Virus record (IMG/VR): IMGVR_UViG_2061766007_002383
Reading direction: 5' to 3' (one strand)
DNA length: 64,000 bases
DNA from: an uncultured virus (IMG/VR IMGVR_UViG_2061766007_002383)
Lineage: Duplodnaviria > Heunggongvirae > Uroviricota > Caudoviricetes
Shown here: positions 8,062 through 20,975 of the stretch, one piece after another
Layout: every line of letters begins with the position of its first letter
How positions within the stretch are numbered: position 1 is the first letter of the stretch
The notes under the pieces: model-generated
What the model was told of the DNA's origin: nothing
Databases searched by the model: none
Seen by the model: only the letters and a program-made list of their open reading frames with translations
Translations under genes and position numbers: made by a program

Positions 8062-10766
8062 GTGGTAAAATGACAGATGCAAGATTTCAATTAGATGTAA
8101 AAATAGATTACGAAGAAAATTGTGAATATAAAGCATCTACTATCAATAAAACTGTTTCAATACCATCACAAGATACCACTTGTTCTATTACAACAAGTGC
8201 TAATAGTGTAAACATAGGAAACAGTTGTACTATAACCGCTACAGTAAAAACATCTTATGCTAATAAGGTTGTTAAAAATGGTTATGTTAATTTCTTTTTT
8301 ACACCAAATCAAGATAAAACAAATGCTGTACAAATTAATAAAACTCCATACTCAATTAGTAAAGATGGAAAAGTATCTATTAAATATAAACCAGTAAGAA
8401 ATGGATATTTCTTTGCTAAATATGACGATTATAGTAATTTTTTCAATGAAAGTGAAAGTGCTGTAAAATCTATTACAGCAAATAAGATAGCAACAACTAT
8501 TCGTTTTATTAATAATAATACAGATACAGATAAGTATGTTGAAGATTTAAACGAAGAAATTACTGTCAAAGTACAAGTTAAAGATAATATTGGCAACCCA
8601 GTACAATATGGTACAGTTACATTCCTTCATTATCCTAAACCAATAAATGATTATAATCTTACAGATGACAGACATATCAGCATTATAGGTAATCCTATGT
8701 ATTTAGATGAAAATGGATACGCTACATTAACATATATACCTATGCAACATTATGACGAAGATAGTTTCTTATTAGACAATGAACAAGACGTTGAAATATA
8801 TAAAGAAGTTATAAAAGCTGCATACAACTATGATAATTCATGGGATTATTACGCATACTCTCAAAGTTACTGTGATATTTACCTTAAAAGACCTAATATT
8901 ATAAGAATAGAAGTTTTGAATTCCCAAGAATATGACTATAAATGGAATTATATCACAGAATCTAATAATATAAGACTTAAAGCAACACTATCCGATAATA
9001 TAAATACTCCTAATGCGAATAATGTACAGTTCAACAATGGAGATAAAATATTATTCCATATTAAAGGTACTCGTGCAATTCCAAATGGAGATGTTGATTT
9101 AGCAGAGAATAATGTTGATTATTTTGTTGAAAATAACTTTACATATACTGAAATAGAATATAACAATATTGTCGGTATATATAATAACGATGGATTCTAT
9201 GCACAGTTATCTAACAGTAATATTTATTTATATCCTGGCTTCTACACAATTACTGCCGAATTAGATGTAGATAAAGGCACACATAGTGGATACACCGAAT
9301 ATCTTGCTGACACAACACCAATAGAATTTTATCTGCAAGTAATTTATTCATCAAATAATTCTATACATATGTCAGCACCACAAGCACTATATAATTATAA
9401 TCGTGGACAAACCATCAATAATATCGTATTTACTGTAACCAATCTTACTCAAGATGAATTATATGTGTTAGCAGGTAAAAAATGTTACTTTTATTCTGTA
9501 ACAGACAATCATTATCTATACAGCACAGATTTAGTACAAGTCGGTTCAACATTACAAGCTACATTTTCAGGGTCAAGAATTGACAATACAGTAATGCAAG
9601 ACTATAAATTTTATGCATACATTATAGGTAAATATTATTCTAATGGAGATGTGAGCAAAAAAATCAATAGAATAGAAAGCAGTACTGTCACAGTATCCAT
9701 TAGAGATACATTAGATATTTCTATCAATGCTACCTTAAATAATAATGCATATCCTGCAAATGTAGAATATGATGCATCTATTGACAACATCTATCAAGGT
9801 AGTATTAAAGCATCTATTTATAATAAAAACAAAACAACAAATGTCGAACAGAAACTACAAGATGTTATATTCGGACCTAATGTGTCAGAGTATCATAATA
9901 GCATTACAAATCCTTTAACTCCTGCAAACTATTCATTAATTATACGTACACCTAATAATGCAGATGTAGTTAAAAACTATACAATTGTAAAGTCTGTCAT
10001 ATCACAAACACTTGCCAATGAAAGTGCAGAAGTCATCAACAACCCTAATGAAAGAGTTAATTTAATATTAACAGCATCTGGTAATGACTTTTTAGATATA
10101 GATAACAGTAACTTCCAACTTGAAATCAAAAAACACAACAGCAACAATTGGACTCAAGTACAAAACCCTGACATACTGTTTAATAAAGTACAAAACAATA
10201 CAGTAATGTACTTAAGATGCAAAACAGCACAATATGAAGTAGACGAATGGGATATCAGAATCAAATATAACGATACCAACTTCACAACCGACAATACATA
10301 CGGCACTTTTACAACTTGTAGTATCGCACCAACTTATGAAATTGTCGAATATCTTGAAGGCGATAAAATAAACATACAAATCAGCGGAACTTCATACCCA
10401 CAATGTGTTCCAATCTTAATCAAGGTATTCAATAGTAACAACATGGAAAAATTCATCGGCGTAACTAACCAAAATGGAGCTGTTTCAATTCCTTATCCGA
10501 ATGTTGAAGACTGGGATGAACTAACCAATATAGAATTAATAGTCAACCCAACTCACGCAGATTTAATCCAATCCATATCATCAAACACTACAAATCATTT
10601 ATCTTCTGCCATTAACGGATATAGTCGTGTTTATTTCGGATTAACAAGCGACAACGATGCAACAATATATAATTACTTGCGTAATCAATTAAGTACTTAC
10701 GAAAACAAATACTTATTTATCATTTATAAAGAAGATGACCAAGTCAAAAGCAGAACCTTTAGGTGA
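8055..10766 (+). CDS. Large Ig-like-domain virion/adhesin protein
   Basis: Big-type repeats (ITATVKT..GYVNFF..GKVSIKY; VKVQVKD..GTVTF..GYATLTY). Confidence 0.6.
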   Translation: MLGGKMTDARFQLDVKIDYEENCEYKASTINKTVSIPSQDTTCSITTSANSVNIGNSCTITATVKTSYANKVVKNGYVNFFFTPNQDKTNAVQINKTPYSISKDGKVSIKYKPVRNGYFFAKYDDYSNFFNESESAVKSITANKIATTIRFINNNTDTDKYVEDLNEEITVKVQVKDNIGNPVQYGTVTFLHYPKPINDYNLTDDRHISIIGNPMYLDENGYATLTYIPMQHYDEDSFLLDNEQDVEIYKEVIKAAYNYDNSWDYYAYSQSYCDIYLKRPNIIRIEVLNSQEYDYKWNYITESNNIRLKATLSDNINTPNANNVQFNNGDKILFHIKGTRAIPNGDVDLAENNVDYFVENNFTYTEIEYNNIVGIYNNDGFYAQLSNSNIYLYPGFYTITAELDVDKGTHSGYTEYLADTTPIEFYLQVIYSSNNSIHMSAPQALYNYNRGQTINNIVFTVTNLTQDELYVLAGKKCYFYSVTDNHYLYSTDLVQVGSTLQATFSGSRIDNTVMQDYKFYAYIIGKYYSNGDVSKKINRIESSTVTVSIRDTLDISINATLNNNAYPANVEYDASIDNIYQGSIKASIYNKNKTTNVEQKLQDVIFGPNVSEYHNSITNPLTPANYSLIIRTPNNADVVKNYTIVKSVISQTLANESAEVINNPNERVNLILTASGNDFLDIDNSNFQLEIKKHNSNNWTQVQNPDILFNKVQNNTVMYLRCKTAQYEVDEWDIRIKYNDTNFTTDNTYGTFTTCSIAPTYEIVEYLEGDKINIQISGTSYPQCVPILIKVFNSNNMEKFIGVTNQNGAVSIPYPNVEDWDELTNIELIVNPTHADLIQSISSNTTNHLSSAINGYSRVYFGLTSDNDATIYNYLRNQLSTYENKYLFIIYKEDDQVKSRTFR

Positions 10767-13619
10767 ATAGAATGGAATTAGACGAAATTAAACAATATTC
10801 CCATAAGATACTTCAAATCAATATCAATAATAAAAATAATGTCAGCAAATCAGCATATAATGAAGCTGCTCTTAAAATAACCATAGAAACATTAGATAAT
10901 GAAGTTATAAGGTTCAGCAAACAGGTTAATGATGGTTTTATTAACCATCAACATCATGGAAATGATTATTATTTAATGATTGATAATGTACAAGGTTTAA
11001 CTGTTCTCTATGCTCATTTCTTTATGAAAGATTTATATGATTATGAAGAACAAAGTAATGATTTATTTTTCTCATATGATTTTAATAACCTTACAGATGC
11101 ACACTTAACATCTGAAAGCAATTCAGAATATACTTTAGAACACATTGATGACAAAATAAGAGTAAAATCAGTATTAGATAAAAGTGTTACTGGCGATAAA
11201 GACCCTAACTATAAAGCATATACAGACATAGAAGAAAACAACAATAAAACAGAAAGTGGTTTCTTCCCATTAGTCAGTAGATATAGAAACCCTAATGAAC
11301 ATTCTAATTATAATGCACCATTAGGTAGTCATGAAAATGAAGATGGTGTAATAATTAATGATGAATTAGGACAATCAAAAAACCCACAATGGTATAAAAA
11401 TAATAAGAATATGCCAACATGGGAAATTAAAATACCTCGTACGGAATTAGGTAACTTAATAAAAGCCGACACAAATAAAGAAATTTATCCCATAAATGTT
11501 TATATTAATTATCAATATCTGCCAACATCAACAGAATATCATCAGCATTTTTATGGTTTTGAAGATGTAACAACTGATTGTAAAAGCGTAAATGTATTTG
11601 ATAATGTAAATATTAATACAGTCAATGATAATTTTCCTAACAGTACATATAGTATTATTAATGCAAAACATAAAGCTGATAACAGATACACAATGACAGT
11701 AGACCATTCTCATGTCATACCAATCGATTTTACAAATTATAATATTTATGATGAAAGCTGTTCTTGGGAACGTAATATGTGTGATGAATATTGGGTTTAC
11801 AAAACATTAGAACATGATGGAGACCAAGAAGGACTATATTTTGATGTACAACTTAAACCTAACACATCATATGTCCTGAAATATTATGTGTGGATACCAT
11901 ATGATGTAGATTTGAGTAATGGACCATGTGAAGTATCTGTATGTTATTATGAAAAAAATAGTCAAGTTTATATTGGTAAATTACATGAAGCTTTTATTAA
12001 ACAAGATGATATTTTAAGAAAAACAATAGGTTGGATTTATCATGAAATTCCTTTTACAACCTCTGTTAAAAGTAATCAAATTATCATAAAAGGACCTAAA
12101 AAAGTAAATGATGAAATATTCTTTACTGATATGGTTATTGAAGAGATTATACCATATAGTCCGACTCTTAAGTATACATCTAATGACCTTATCATTTCAG
12201 AAGGGTCAACATATCAAAAGAAACCTAATGGTCAAGAAAGCTGTCAAGATGTTCCTAATGCAACAAACAGCTGGAGCAAGAAAAAGAACATATCTGACAT
12301 TAAACCACATAAATATGCATATGTTGTTTTAAATGATGAATTTGATATCAGATATAATGAGTATTCATATGAAATTGTTGTTAATAATACAAATGTGGAT
12401 ATATTTAATATTACAGATAATGAAGATGTAACCTTTACGAAAACAGGTGATTTTACTTTTAATAATAATATTAATGATAGTACAAATGATTCAAATGGTA
12501 TTTTTGGTGATTTATTCTATAATAAAGCACCAGTAACTGTATTCACATATGGACCTAATAACTCATTTACATTACAAGTATACGATGATAATAATAGCAG
12601 AATCAATAAAGGATATACTGAATGCGCCATTACTACAGACTCATCATATAATGGTACTCCAATCAAAGATGAAGTATTTTATTTAGGAAAAAAAGATGTA
12701 GTTAATGGAAATGTATTATATAATAATATCAACTTTAAAACATTACCACATTCAAACAATTATTATTTAAGAATTGATTATTACGACCCATGTTACGAAA
12801 AAGTAACACATTATTATAAGAAAGTATCATTTGAAGAAGAAGATATTAAAATTCAAGCACAAATTATCCCTGAAGAAGGTAATCCAGTTATTATTCCAAC
12901 ACCTGCTACAACAGGAATTATCGCATCTAATGGTGCAAAATATAAAATACAAAACCAAGAAGAGTTTCCAATACAAATCAATGCAATAATCACTACACAA
13001 AATGGGGCGTTACCTGAAGGATATTGTGTATTGTCAATTGATGATGAAGTCAAACAAAATACTTTTGTCAATGGAGATGGTATTGCTGATTTCTTTTTAG
13101 ATATTGATGATTTACAAGAAGAACAAACAATTAAAATAGAATATTATAGAGAAATTGGCGAAATGATAACTTATATATACTTTACAATCGATATGGAAGA
13201 AGAGTATGATATTCGACCTGTTGTTCCAATTCGTTTTAATATNNNNNNNNNNACAAAAATCAGATACATATTATAGTATATCAGCAAGACATAAAGACGA
13301 TGATAATAATTGGAGTAGTGATAATTGTTTATTGTTTGACATAGATATAAGTGATGAAAATTATAGTAATTATCGTATTACATTAACAAGAAAATATGGA
13401 GATAATACACCTATTTTACAAAAAATAGATGGTAATAAAAAATATATAAATGTGTATGAAGCATCTGATGAAAGTATAATCATTGGAGATTATTACATAC
13501 CTGGTGAAGGACTAACAAAATATACAGGAAATGTGATATACACTATAACAACTGATAACATAGGAAATAACAATAAATATCGTCCATATAGTAAATCAAT
13601 TACAGTTAATTGGATATAA
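10763..13619 (+). CDS. Large virion protein; probably one ORF broken by the N gap at 13242-13252
   Basis: The 837-aa and 137-aa ORFs change frame exactly across the N run. Carbohydrate-binding-like (LKPNTSYVLKYYV) and Ig-like segments. Confidence 0.55.
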
Positions 13620-13631
13620 TGAGGCATATAA

Positions 13632-16600
13632 ATGACTGACAAAACTTTTTACCCATCAAAAATTAAAGGTACAACAGGACGTAACAAAGCAACTAATATA
13701 CAAACACAAGAAATAATTAATGCTAAAAATCTATGTTCTGGCAATACATCATTAGCATCATGGGGAGAATATACTCCAAGTAAATGTGGAAGTTCAAATC
13801 CACAACGCTGGTGGTGTAATACATTAACCACCAAATCAGGTTCATACGACCACCCAGAAGAAATATATGTTGATGAATGGAATATCAGCAGTAATATATC
13901 TAATGATATGGTCATCAAAAGTTTTAAAGTTGAATATGCATATGCATTAGCCAAATATAGCGGATGGGGTTCTCCACAAATACAAACTAAACCTACTTTT
14001 ACATTAAAAAAATCAGGCAAAAAAATTAGTAGTGCAACTGGGGTTTTACCTAAAGTTGTAAGTAATACTAAAACTGGTAGTTTTACCAATCATCCAATAA
14101 CATTTAGCTCATACCCTAAAACTATTGGTGATTTACGAAAAACAAAATTATATATTAAATGTGGTGGGAACACAGCTTCAGACATAGGTAGACTATTAAT
14201 GCAGTATGTAAGAGTTGTTGTTAAATATGAAGACCCTAACCCTAAATATACTATTTCTTTAGGAAAAAATATTACTCAAAAAATTAACACAACTTACACT
14301 TGTACATGTACAATAGGCAATTCAAATAATCATGATAAAGACTCAATATGTTATATACAGATACCTACTGATACAACTATTACAAATGCAAAATTTAATA
14401 ATAAAAAAATATCATTAAAAATAAATAAAACAGTTGCTGGCAAATATACAATATATCAATACACCATTTCTAAAAAGGGCTCAATTACTTTTGATTTAAA
14501 ACATAGTACAACTGGGGTTAAAACCATTAAAGCTTGGTTAAGTAAATATTGCTCAACAACCGCAGAAAAAAAAGTTACTGTCACCAAAACAAGTATTGAT
14601 TTTGATTTCATCCCACAACTTTATCAAAATAACACATGGCAAGATATTACTACAACCGATACAACAGTATATGATGATGACGGAGCTAAAATACGCTTTA
14701 AATGTAAGATAAAACGTGACGCTGTCACAGAAGGACAAGAATCAATATATATATCAGCAGAAGATTTAATTACAAGTTGGGCAACAGAACACGCTACAAT
14801 ACATTTTACAAAAAATACAAATAACGAATGGATTATTAATCAAAAATTCCCTGCAACTACAAATTATATAGAATACATTAGTGCCGCTGTTAATTTAACA
14901 AATGCTGATGTATACAATGTTATAGCAAAGTACGACGATACAGAAACGGACACAAAAATTACAAAAAATTATAATGTTAAAGTCTTAAGTCATCCATTAA
15001 AAAAAGAAAACTTTAAAATCAGATTAGAAGATGGTACTGATGTGCAATATAATTCCTTAAGCTTTTCAAGGGGTGATGATTTAACTATACCATTAGTCTA
15101 TACAACAGAAGACGCAAGCCCAATAAAAGATTCTGAAATTATGATTAATGGTGAAACAAAAAGAATCCCATTAGACGAAGTACAATATGTTAAATTTGAT
15201 ATATCAATAGAAAAAGCAAACACTAACTTAACAGACGTTTTAACATATATTGACATATATGATGCAGAAACTGGAGAAAACTGTAGCAGTATATTAAAAG
15301 ATATTAGCGACAATGCTGTATTATTAGAAAGTGACGAAAAAAAATATTGTATTATTAAAAATTTATCAAGCGAAGAACATACAACACTAAAACTTGCAGT
15401 TGAATCAGATATTATAAGAGAATGCATTATCAAGATTAAACCATATAACTATGATTTATATGACACTAAATGGAATCCAAGCAATGTATTATTTGATGAC
15501 TACCCTAATGTTAAAATTTATATCAAAGGTGAAAATGACATTCGTTCTCAAGATACATTAACATTATATTATTATATTGAAAATCAATCCGATATTGACG
15601 GACATAATTTACGTTTCCAACTGAAAGAACCAGCAAGTTTTGAAAAACTAACAGTAAATCATAGCGATAAACTTTCTTTTAATCCTAATACACGTATTAT
15701 TACCATACCATTATTAAACGCCCATAGTGAACAATACATTATAGAAGCCCAATATAAAGCGACAAAAAAGGGATACTATGATTTTGTCATCAGTACATTG
15801 GATGACCCCAATACTTTTAATGATGACCAAGTTCCAAACTCATACACACACAACGTAATGGTCGATATTGTAAGTGAAGTAAAAGTCAAAACAAGTGTAT
15901 CTAATACAAAACCATATGTTGGAGACTTAATTGACTTTGAAATTGATTTTAGAAACTACTATAAACCACAAAAAGAATTTACTTTTAACATATCAGATAT
16001 CGGTGATTATAACCCTATACATAATAGCAATGATTACACAGTAAAACGTGTTGATTGTGAAAATGGTACTTTTACAGAATCTACAGACTCATCTACAAAT
16101 AAAATAGGCAAATGGGTTATAGAAAATGTTGAAACAGATAAAGATTACAAACTTATATTAACTTTAGAGCCGAATGCAACAGGCGTTCATGTTATTAAAA
16201 CTCAATTTTTAGACTCTTTAGGCTCTGAAAAAACTCTTACAAATAGAGTTAAAGTGATAGAAAAAAGCAAAGAAATAGGCTTCAATGTTTACCACGCAAT
16301 AGGTGATGAAAATACTGACTGTTCAGATATAGACAAACTCACTCCTATCTGTGATGATGATTTCATCACATTATCCGACAACATCTATTACGTTTTTGAA
16401 ATAACTAACAACAACAGAGCACCAGTAAATCAACCAGTAAACATATATGCTCGTTTACCATCATCCTTTTTAGAAAACGGAATATTATGTTCATCAATAG
16501 ACAATTACGTAATTGATGAAGCAAGTAATTTAGTAAGTCTGTCATTAGATAAATTGGAAGGCTGTCAAACAAAACAAACAACAAAAATTGCAATAAAAGT

Positions 16601-19600
16601 CAAGCCAAGTCAGACTGGAAAATATGTCAGCAATTTCATGCTGTCCACCAAAAACTCAAAAGTACTCTATAAGCAACTTAAACTTACAGTAGATTCAGAA
16701 TTCGACAAGAAAGAACTTGAGCATGAAATTACAATTTATAACTTTGAAAAGACCAACAGATATTACAGATATGAGATTGATAATAATGGTGAAATATTCA
16801 AATTCTTCAATAAAGGTGACAAAACAGTTAGACCAATACAGATAGAAGATTATGATAAAAGTGCTGTAGAGACATATCGTGGCACAAACCTTAAAGATAT
16901 CGTCAGACAGATACAAGACAAGTCTCAATATGTTGAACCAGAATTCCTACGCATAGGAGCTAACAAATTAAAAGATAAAGGATATGAACTATACCCAGAC
17001 GGATTTATCCGCAGATTCGGATTATTAAACTCTGAAGTATTCCATGAAACAGGTCAACTCCCAATCATATCTAATTTAGGCGATAGAGTAATGAAATGGA
17101 ATATCGACGATTGGAACAGCAAGGTATGGGCTGGCGATAGATATGGAAATGGTATGTTTGATTTGGCGGTCGAATATGATAAAGTCCCAACAAACTTTAG
17201 TTTCCATGATATTGAAAACAGAACAGCAAGACTGCAACATATTGTTGACGAAACCAAACCTTATGGAAGTAAAGCATTCTGTTATGACCTTATACAATCT
17301 GAAATCGACCTACAACTTAACGTCAAAGATGTCTTATCAGAAATGCATTATACAACACCTATTGATTTAAAAATTGATGACATCAATACACTTATAACAA
17401 AATATAGAGATGACAACACAATATTATATTGCCACGACAACATATATGTAGACCTTAATTTAAACACACATTTGTCATCTGAATACGACTTAAATACTCT
17501 TAAACATTACACAGATGACGAAGAAGACTATATAGAAGACCAAAACGATACCATGGCAATGGATATCGAAACACAACTCTTATTATATGATGACATTACA
17601 TACAAACGCTACATAGATGAATGCTTCGACATTATCAAAAACATCTACTACAACGACAATCAAAACATAGACATCGTAATGCCATATACCAAACTTCCAA
17701 CAACCACAACACCGACATTCGCAACATTGAACAAGTCACAAATACTTAACTACGTAAACAATCACTTACTTAATGAATTAATCGGTTACGAAATTACTTA
17801 CAAGGACAATAAGATTGAATTCGGATATATTGAGAAGAAAGACTTCAAAGGATTCATGGTTATTAACAATGATGAAATTGTCAGTCAAAGATATATCGAT
17901 GAAGATGTAACAACATTTAATATTCAAGCACAGACAATTGACGTAGATGATAGTAATAAAATTGTACACTTCTGGGGTAGAGTAAATGATGGCGATTACT
18001 ATCATATAGGATTTGTAGAATTAGGTCATCTATCAGTATCAACAACTAATAGAACTAGAAGTGGCGATGCAAACGTAACATCATTATCATATATTCCAGA
18101 AATAACAGCAACACATACCGATAGTGTTACATACAGTTGGACATTAAAGCAAGAACCTATTGTGTTTAAAATAAGTGATAGAAAACAAATCGTACATGAA
18201 ACATTTGATTATATTAAAGAAGTAGATAGTGGCAAATGGTCAGGATTAATGAGCGTTAATAATGGTAAATATGCTCAATTTGATTATAAATCTAATATAG
18301 ACCCTGAATGTTCAGATATATCTATAGATGTGCCTAAAATATTGTTAAAGTATAATGATATTAATATAAGTAAATTAAGTGAAATAACAGATATTCAATT
18401 TAAAATTAAAGCTCAAAGTAATAAAGATAACTTTATGAATGATTTNNNNNNNNNNNNNNNTGGAGACTATTATGTACCTAATGATGGATTTTTACGCAAA
18501 GTATATTATCCAAGTAATATTAGCAACAACAAGAAAGAATTATTAAATCATATTATCATACATCAGCCTAATATGACAATATGTTCCGACTGCCTTAAAA
18601 CATCTTTAGGATACTATGATGAATGTAAGTACTGTCACTCCACAAATGTAACTCACTATGATAAAACACAGCCAGTAACGTTATGTTATCAATGCGGACG
18701 AGTTACTAATGGTACATACAACTACTGCAAACATTGCTTATCCAATGTGGTAGAAAATCTTGAGGTTGATTATAATAAAACATATTGTCAACATTGCGGA
18801 GCGTTATCAGACGATTATTATAAATATTGTCCACATTGTTTCTCAAAAAATACAATATATCTTGACAATAAGAGACAAGTATATCAACTATCTGATGCAA
18901 GCAAACAAAACATAGACCCAATTATTATTAATACCGATGAAGAAAGTGTCAATATTCTTAACGCTACTTTACCTTTCAATGAAGATACTGTCAAAGACCT
19001 TACAAAATTACTACTCAATATACATGTAACTAACAATAATGATGGCAAATATTATTATTGTCCAAACTGTAAACATGGTGGAGTAGGTAACTTTGATATA
19101 TGCCCTTACTGTCATGGCAAAGACGTCAACAATTATCAAGCACAACAACCTACATTTAGAGCTTATTTAAAAATAGATAATAAATTCTCATTAATAGATT
19201 TATCTCCTATAAATTCTATTCCATATGGCGAAACAGTTAAAACTTTACAACTATATGACATCATGAAAAACATTACTAACGAAAACTGTATGTTAATGTT
19301 ATATGTCGATAATAGTGGATGGAATATGAACTTAAATCAAATTCTATCATTGCCTATTAATGATAAATATATTGAAAAAATATTAAAAACAATAAACAAG
19401 ATTGATGTAAAAATTAGCAACTTATCATTAGATTATGAATTTACAGATAATAAAGATTGGACTGGATTATCTAATTTGCAAGGAGAAAATCATACTTATA
19501 TCAAATATGACGCAACAAATGATAGCAGTACAGATACAATTAGATTTGAAGAATTTAATATTCCAGCAGATTATTATGATAAAGTTATTTTAAATCTTGG

Positions 19601-20975
19601 TGGATTATGTAAGGTTACAAATAAATTTGGCATCAATATAGAATGTATACAAAATAATACATCAACAAATAAAAGAGTTTTACAAAATAGTGATATTTTC
19701 TACAGAAATATTGATATAACTGACATTGTTGATAACTATGTCGGTGACATAAATATCATTATTAGCTTTGATAGTGTTGATGATGCTGACGAAATTTATA
19801 TTACAAGCTGTAGTATTACAACTGAAAAACATAGTAATACTGATAATATCAAATACACAAAAATGAATGATACAGTATTTAATATTGAAGATTTAAACAG
19901 CAATTACTATTTATTAACATCAAATGACATTTGGACATTAAAAAATCAAGCACCATACTTCTTATCTTCAGAGCAGTTAGAAAGTAATCTTNNNNNNNNN
20001 NNNNNNNNNNNNNTAAAACCATCAGAATATATAAAATTATATAGCATAGACATGATTGTATATTATAAGACAAAATATGGAAAAATAACAACAGATAATA
20101 TCATATCTATGAACGAAGATAATACTGAATATTATATTACTGGACAAGTAAATAAAAATAATGGTGAATTTTGGACAAGTGTAAACGATGATGACGAAGG
20201 TTTAAATAATTTAGAATCTGAAGATTTAAACGTTGATGAAGATGGCAATATAGTGAACTCTATTCCATTATATAAGAGATTAGCGCAATCTTTCATCTAT
20301 ACTAATTCATCAAATATCAGTCGCATAACTCTTGGGTACGATGGACACCAAGGATATCCAAGCGACTTTATTAATATTTATTTATATGATGATAAAGACA
20401 ATAACCCTAATAATATAATTTTCAAGAGTAAAATAGATATGTCTGTGAATAAAAAAGGCTACATCAGTATCGATGTCGATGTCAACAATTTAACATCAGA
20501 TGAACAATACTGGATTGTTATCGAAGATAATAATGCAAATATAAATAATTATCATAAATTCACCTACAATAACAATATGAATGTGTATGGATTTTATGAT
20601 GAAGAAAATGAAAAAAATCCAGAAAATAATAAAATTGGAACAAATAATAAAGTTGGTAATCTAATTGTTGAAGGATTTAATGGAACAAGTCTTAATGACC
20701 AACAAACATTATCCTTTGCTATTGCTTCTTTACATAATAGAGCAATATTATATAATTTACCTGCAGAATTTTCAGATACATACACATTTGATGAAGACGA
20801 TTATTTATCAGTTGAAAAAACTCAATATGATAATCCTATTGGAAATCTTAATTCAGAAAAAGAATATAAAATCAGTAATACATTCTACAGGTTCAACACC
20901 AACTCAAATAATAATATATCATTATCAAACTTTACTGTTAAGAATGGTAGGTATTTAAATGAAGATGAAGATTAA
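13632..20975 (+). CDS. Giant (2447 aa) virion/baseplate protein with DUF11-like repeats and four CxxC..CxxC zinc ribbons
   Basis: Basic N-terminus, DUF11-like repeats (VKTSVSNTKPYVGDLIDFEI), Zn-ribbon cluster, 'LAQSF' C-terminal domain. Confidence 0.6.
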   Translation: MTDKTFYPSKIKGTTGRNKATNIQTQEIINAKNLCSGNTSLASWGEYTPSKCGSSNPQRWWCNTLTTKSGSYDHPEEIYVDEWNISSNISNDMVIKSFKVEYAYALAKYSGWGSPQIQTKPTFTLKKSGKKISSATGVLPKVVSNTKTGSFTNHPITFSSYPKTIGDLRKTKLYIKCGGNTASDIGRLLMQYVRVVVKYEDPNPKYTISLGKNITQKINTTYTCTCTIGNSNNHDKDSICYIQIPTDTTITNAKFNNKKISLKINKTVAGKYTIYQYTISKKGSITFDLKHSTTGVKTIKAWLSKYCSTTAEKKVTVTKTSIDFDFIPQLYQNNTWQDITTTDTTVYDDDGAKIRFKCKIKRDAVTEGQESIYISAEDLITSWATEHATIHFTKNTNNEWIINQKFPATTNYIEYISAAVNLTNADVYNVIAKYDDTETDTKITKNYNVKVLSHPLKKENFKIRLEDGTDVQYNSLSFSRGDDLTIPLVYTTEDASPIKDSEIMINGETKRIPLDEVQYVKFDISIEKANTNLTDVLTYIDIYDAETGENCSSILKDISDNAVLLESDEKKYCIIKNLSSEEHTTLKLAVESDIIRECIIKIKPYNYDLYDTKWNPSNVLFDDYPNVKIYIKGENDIRSQDTLTLYYYIENQSDIDGHNLRFQLKEPASFEKLTVNHSDKLSFNPNTRIITIPLLNAHSEQYIIEAQYKATKKGYYDFVISTLDDPNTFNDDQVPNSYTHNVMVDIVSEVKVKTSVSNTKPYVGDLIDFEIDFRNYYKPQKEFTFNISDIGDYNPIHNSNDYTVKRVDCENGTFTESTDSSTNKIGKWVIENVETDKDYKLILTLEPNATGVHVIKTQFLDSLGSEKTLTNRVKVIEKSKEIGFNVYHAIGDENTDCSDIDKLTPICDDDFITLSDNIYYVFEITNNNRAPVNQPVNIYARLPSSFLENGILCSSIDNYVIDEASNLVSLSLDKLEGCQTKQTTKIAIKVKPSQTGKYVSNFMLSTKNSKVLYKQLKLTVDSEFDKKELEHEITIYNFEKTNRYYRYEIDNNGEIFKFFNKGDKTVRPIQIEDYDKSAVETYRGTNLKDIVRQIQDKSQYVEPEFLRIGANKLKDKGYELYPDGFIRRFGLLNSEVFHETGQLPIISNLGDRVMKWNIDDWNSKVWAGDRYGNGMFDLAVEYDKVPTNFSFHDIENRTARLQHIVDETKPYGSKAFCYDLIQSEIDLQLNVKDVLSEMHYTTPIDLKIDDINTLITKYRDDNTILYCHDNIYVDLNLNTHLSSEYDLNTLKHYTDDEEDYIEDQNDTMAMDIETQLLLYDDITYKRYIDECFDIIKNIYYNDNQNIDIVMPYTKLPTTTTPTFATLNKSQILNYVNNHLLNELIGYEITYKDNKIEFGYIEKKDFKGFMVINNDEIVSQRYIDEDVTTFNIQAQTIDVDDSNKIVHFWGRVNDGDYYHIGFVELGHLSVSTTNRTRSGDANVTSLSYIPEITATHTDSVTYSWTLKQEPIVFKISDRKQIVHETFDYIKEVDSGKWSGLMSVNNGKYAQFDYKSNIDPECSDISIDVPKILLKYNDINISKLSEITDIQFKIKAQSNKDNFMNDXXXXXXGDYYVPNDGFLRKVYYPSNISNNKKELLNHIIIHQPNMTICSDCLKTSLGYYDECKYCHSTNVTHYDKTQPVTLCYQCGRVTNGTYNYCKHCLSNVVENLEVDYNKTYCQHCGALSDDYYKYCPHCFSKNTIYLDNKRQVYQLSDASKQNIDPIIINTDEESVNILNATLPFNEDTVKDLTKLLLNIHVTNNNDGKYYYCPNCKHGGVGNFDICPYCHGKDVNNYQAQQPTFRAYLKIDNKFSLIDLSPINSIPYGETVKTLQLYDIMKNITNENCMLMLYVDNSGWNMNLNQILSLPINDKYIEKILKTINKIDVKISNLSLDYEFTDNKDWTGLSNLQGENHTYIKYDATNDSSTDTIRFEEFNIPADYYDKVILNLGGLCKVTNKFGINIECIQNNTSTNKRVLQNSDIFYRNIDITDIVDNYVGDINIIISFDSVDDADEIYITSCSITTEKHSNTDNIKYTKMNDTVFNIEDLNSNYYLLTSNDIWTLKNQAPYFLSSEQLESNLXXXXXXXXKPSEYIKLYSIDMIVYYKTKYGKITTDNIISMNEDNTEYYITGQVNKNNGEFWTSVNDDDEGLNNLESEDLNVDEDGNIVNSIPLYKRLAQSFIYTNSSNISRITLGYDGHQGYPSDFINIYLYDDKDNNPNNIIFKSKIDMSVNKKGYISIDVDVNNLTSDEQYWIVIEDNNANINNYHKFTYNNNMNVYGFYDEENEKNPENNKIGTNNKVGNLIVEGFNGTSLNDQQTLSFAIASLHNRAILYNLPAEFSDTYTFDEDDYLSVEKTQYDNPIGNLNSEKEYKISNTFYRFNTNSNNNISLSNFTVKNGRYLNEDED

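Noticed and set aside
13200..13280. Programmed frameshifts or pseudogenes (also at about 28190 and 35655)
   Set aside because: Each frame change coincides with an N gap of estimated length, so an assembly artefact is the simpler explanation.
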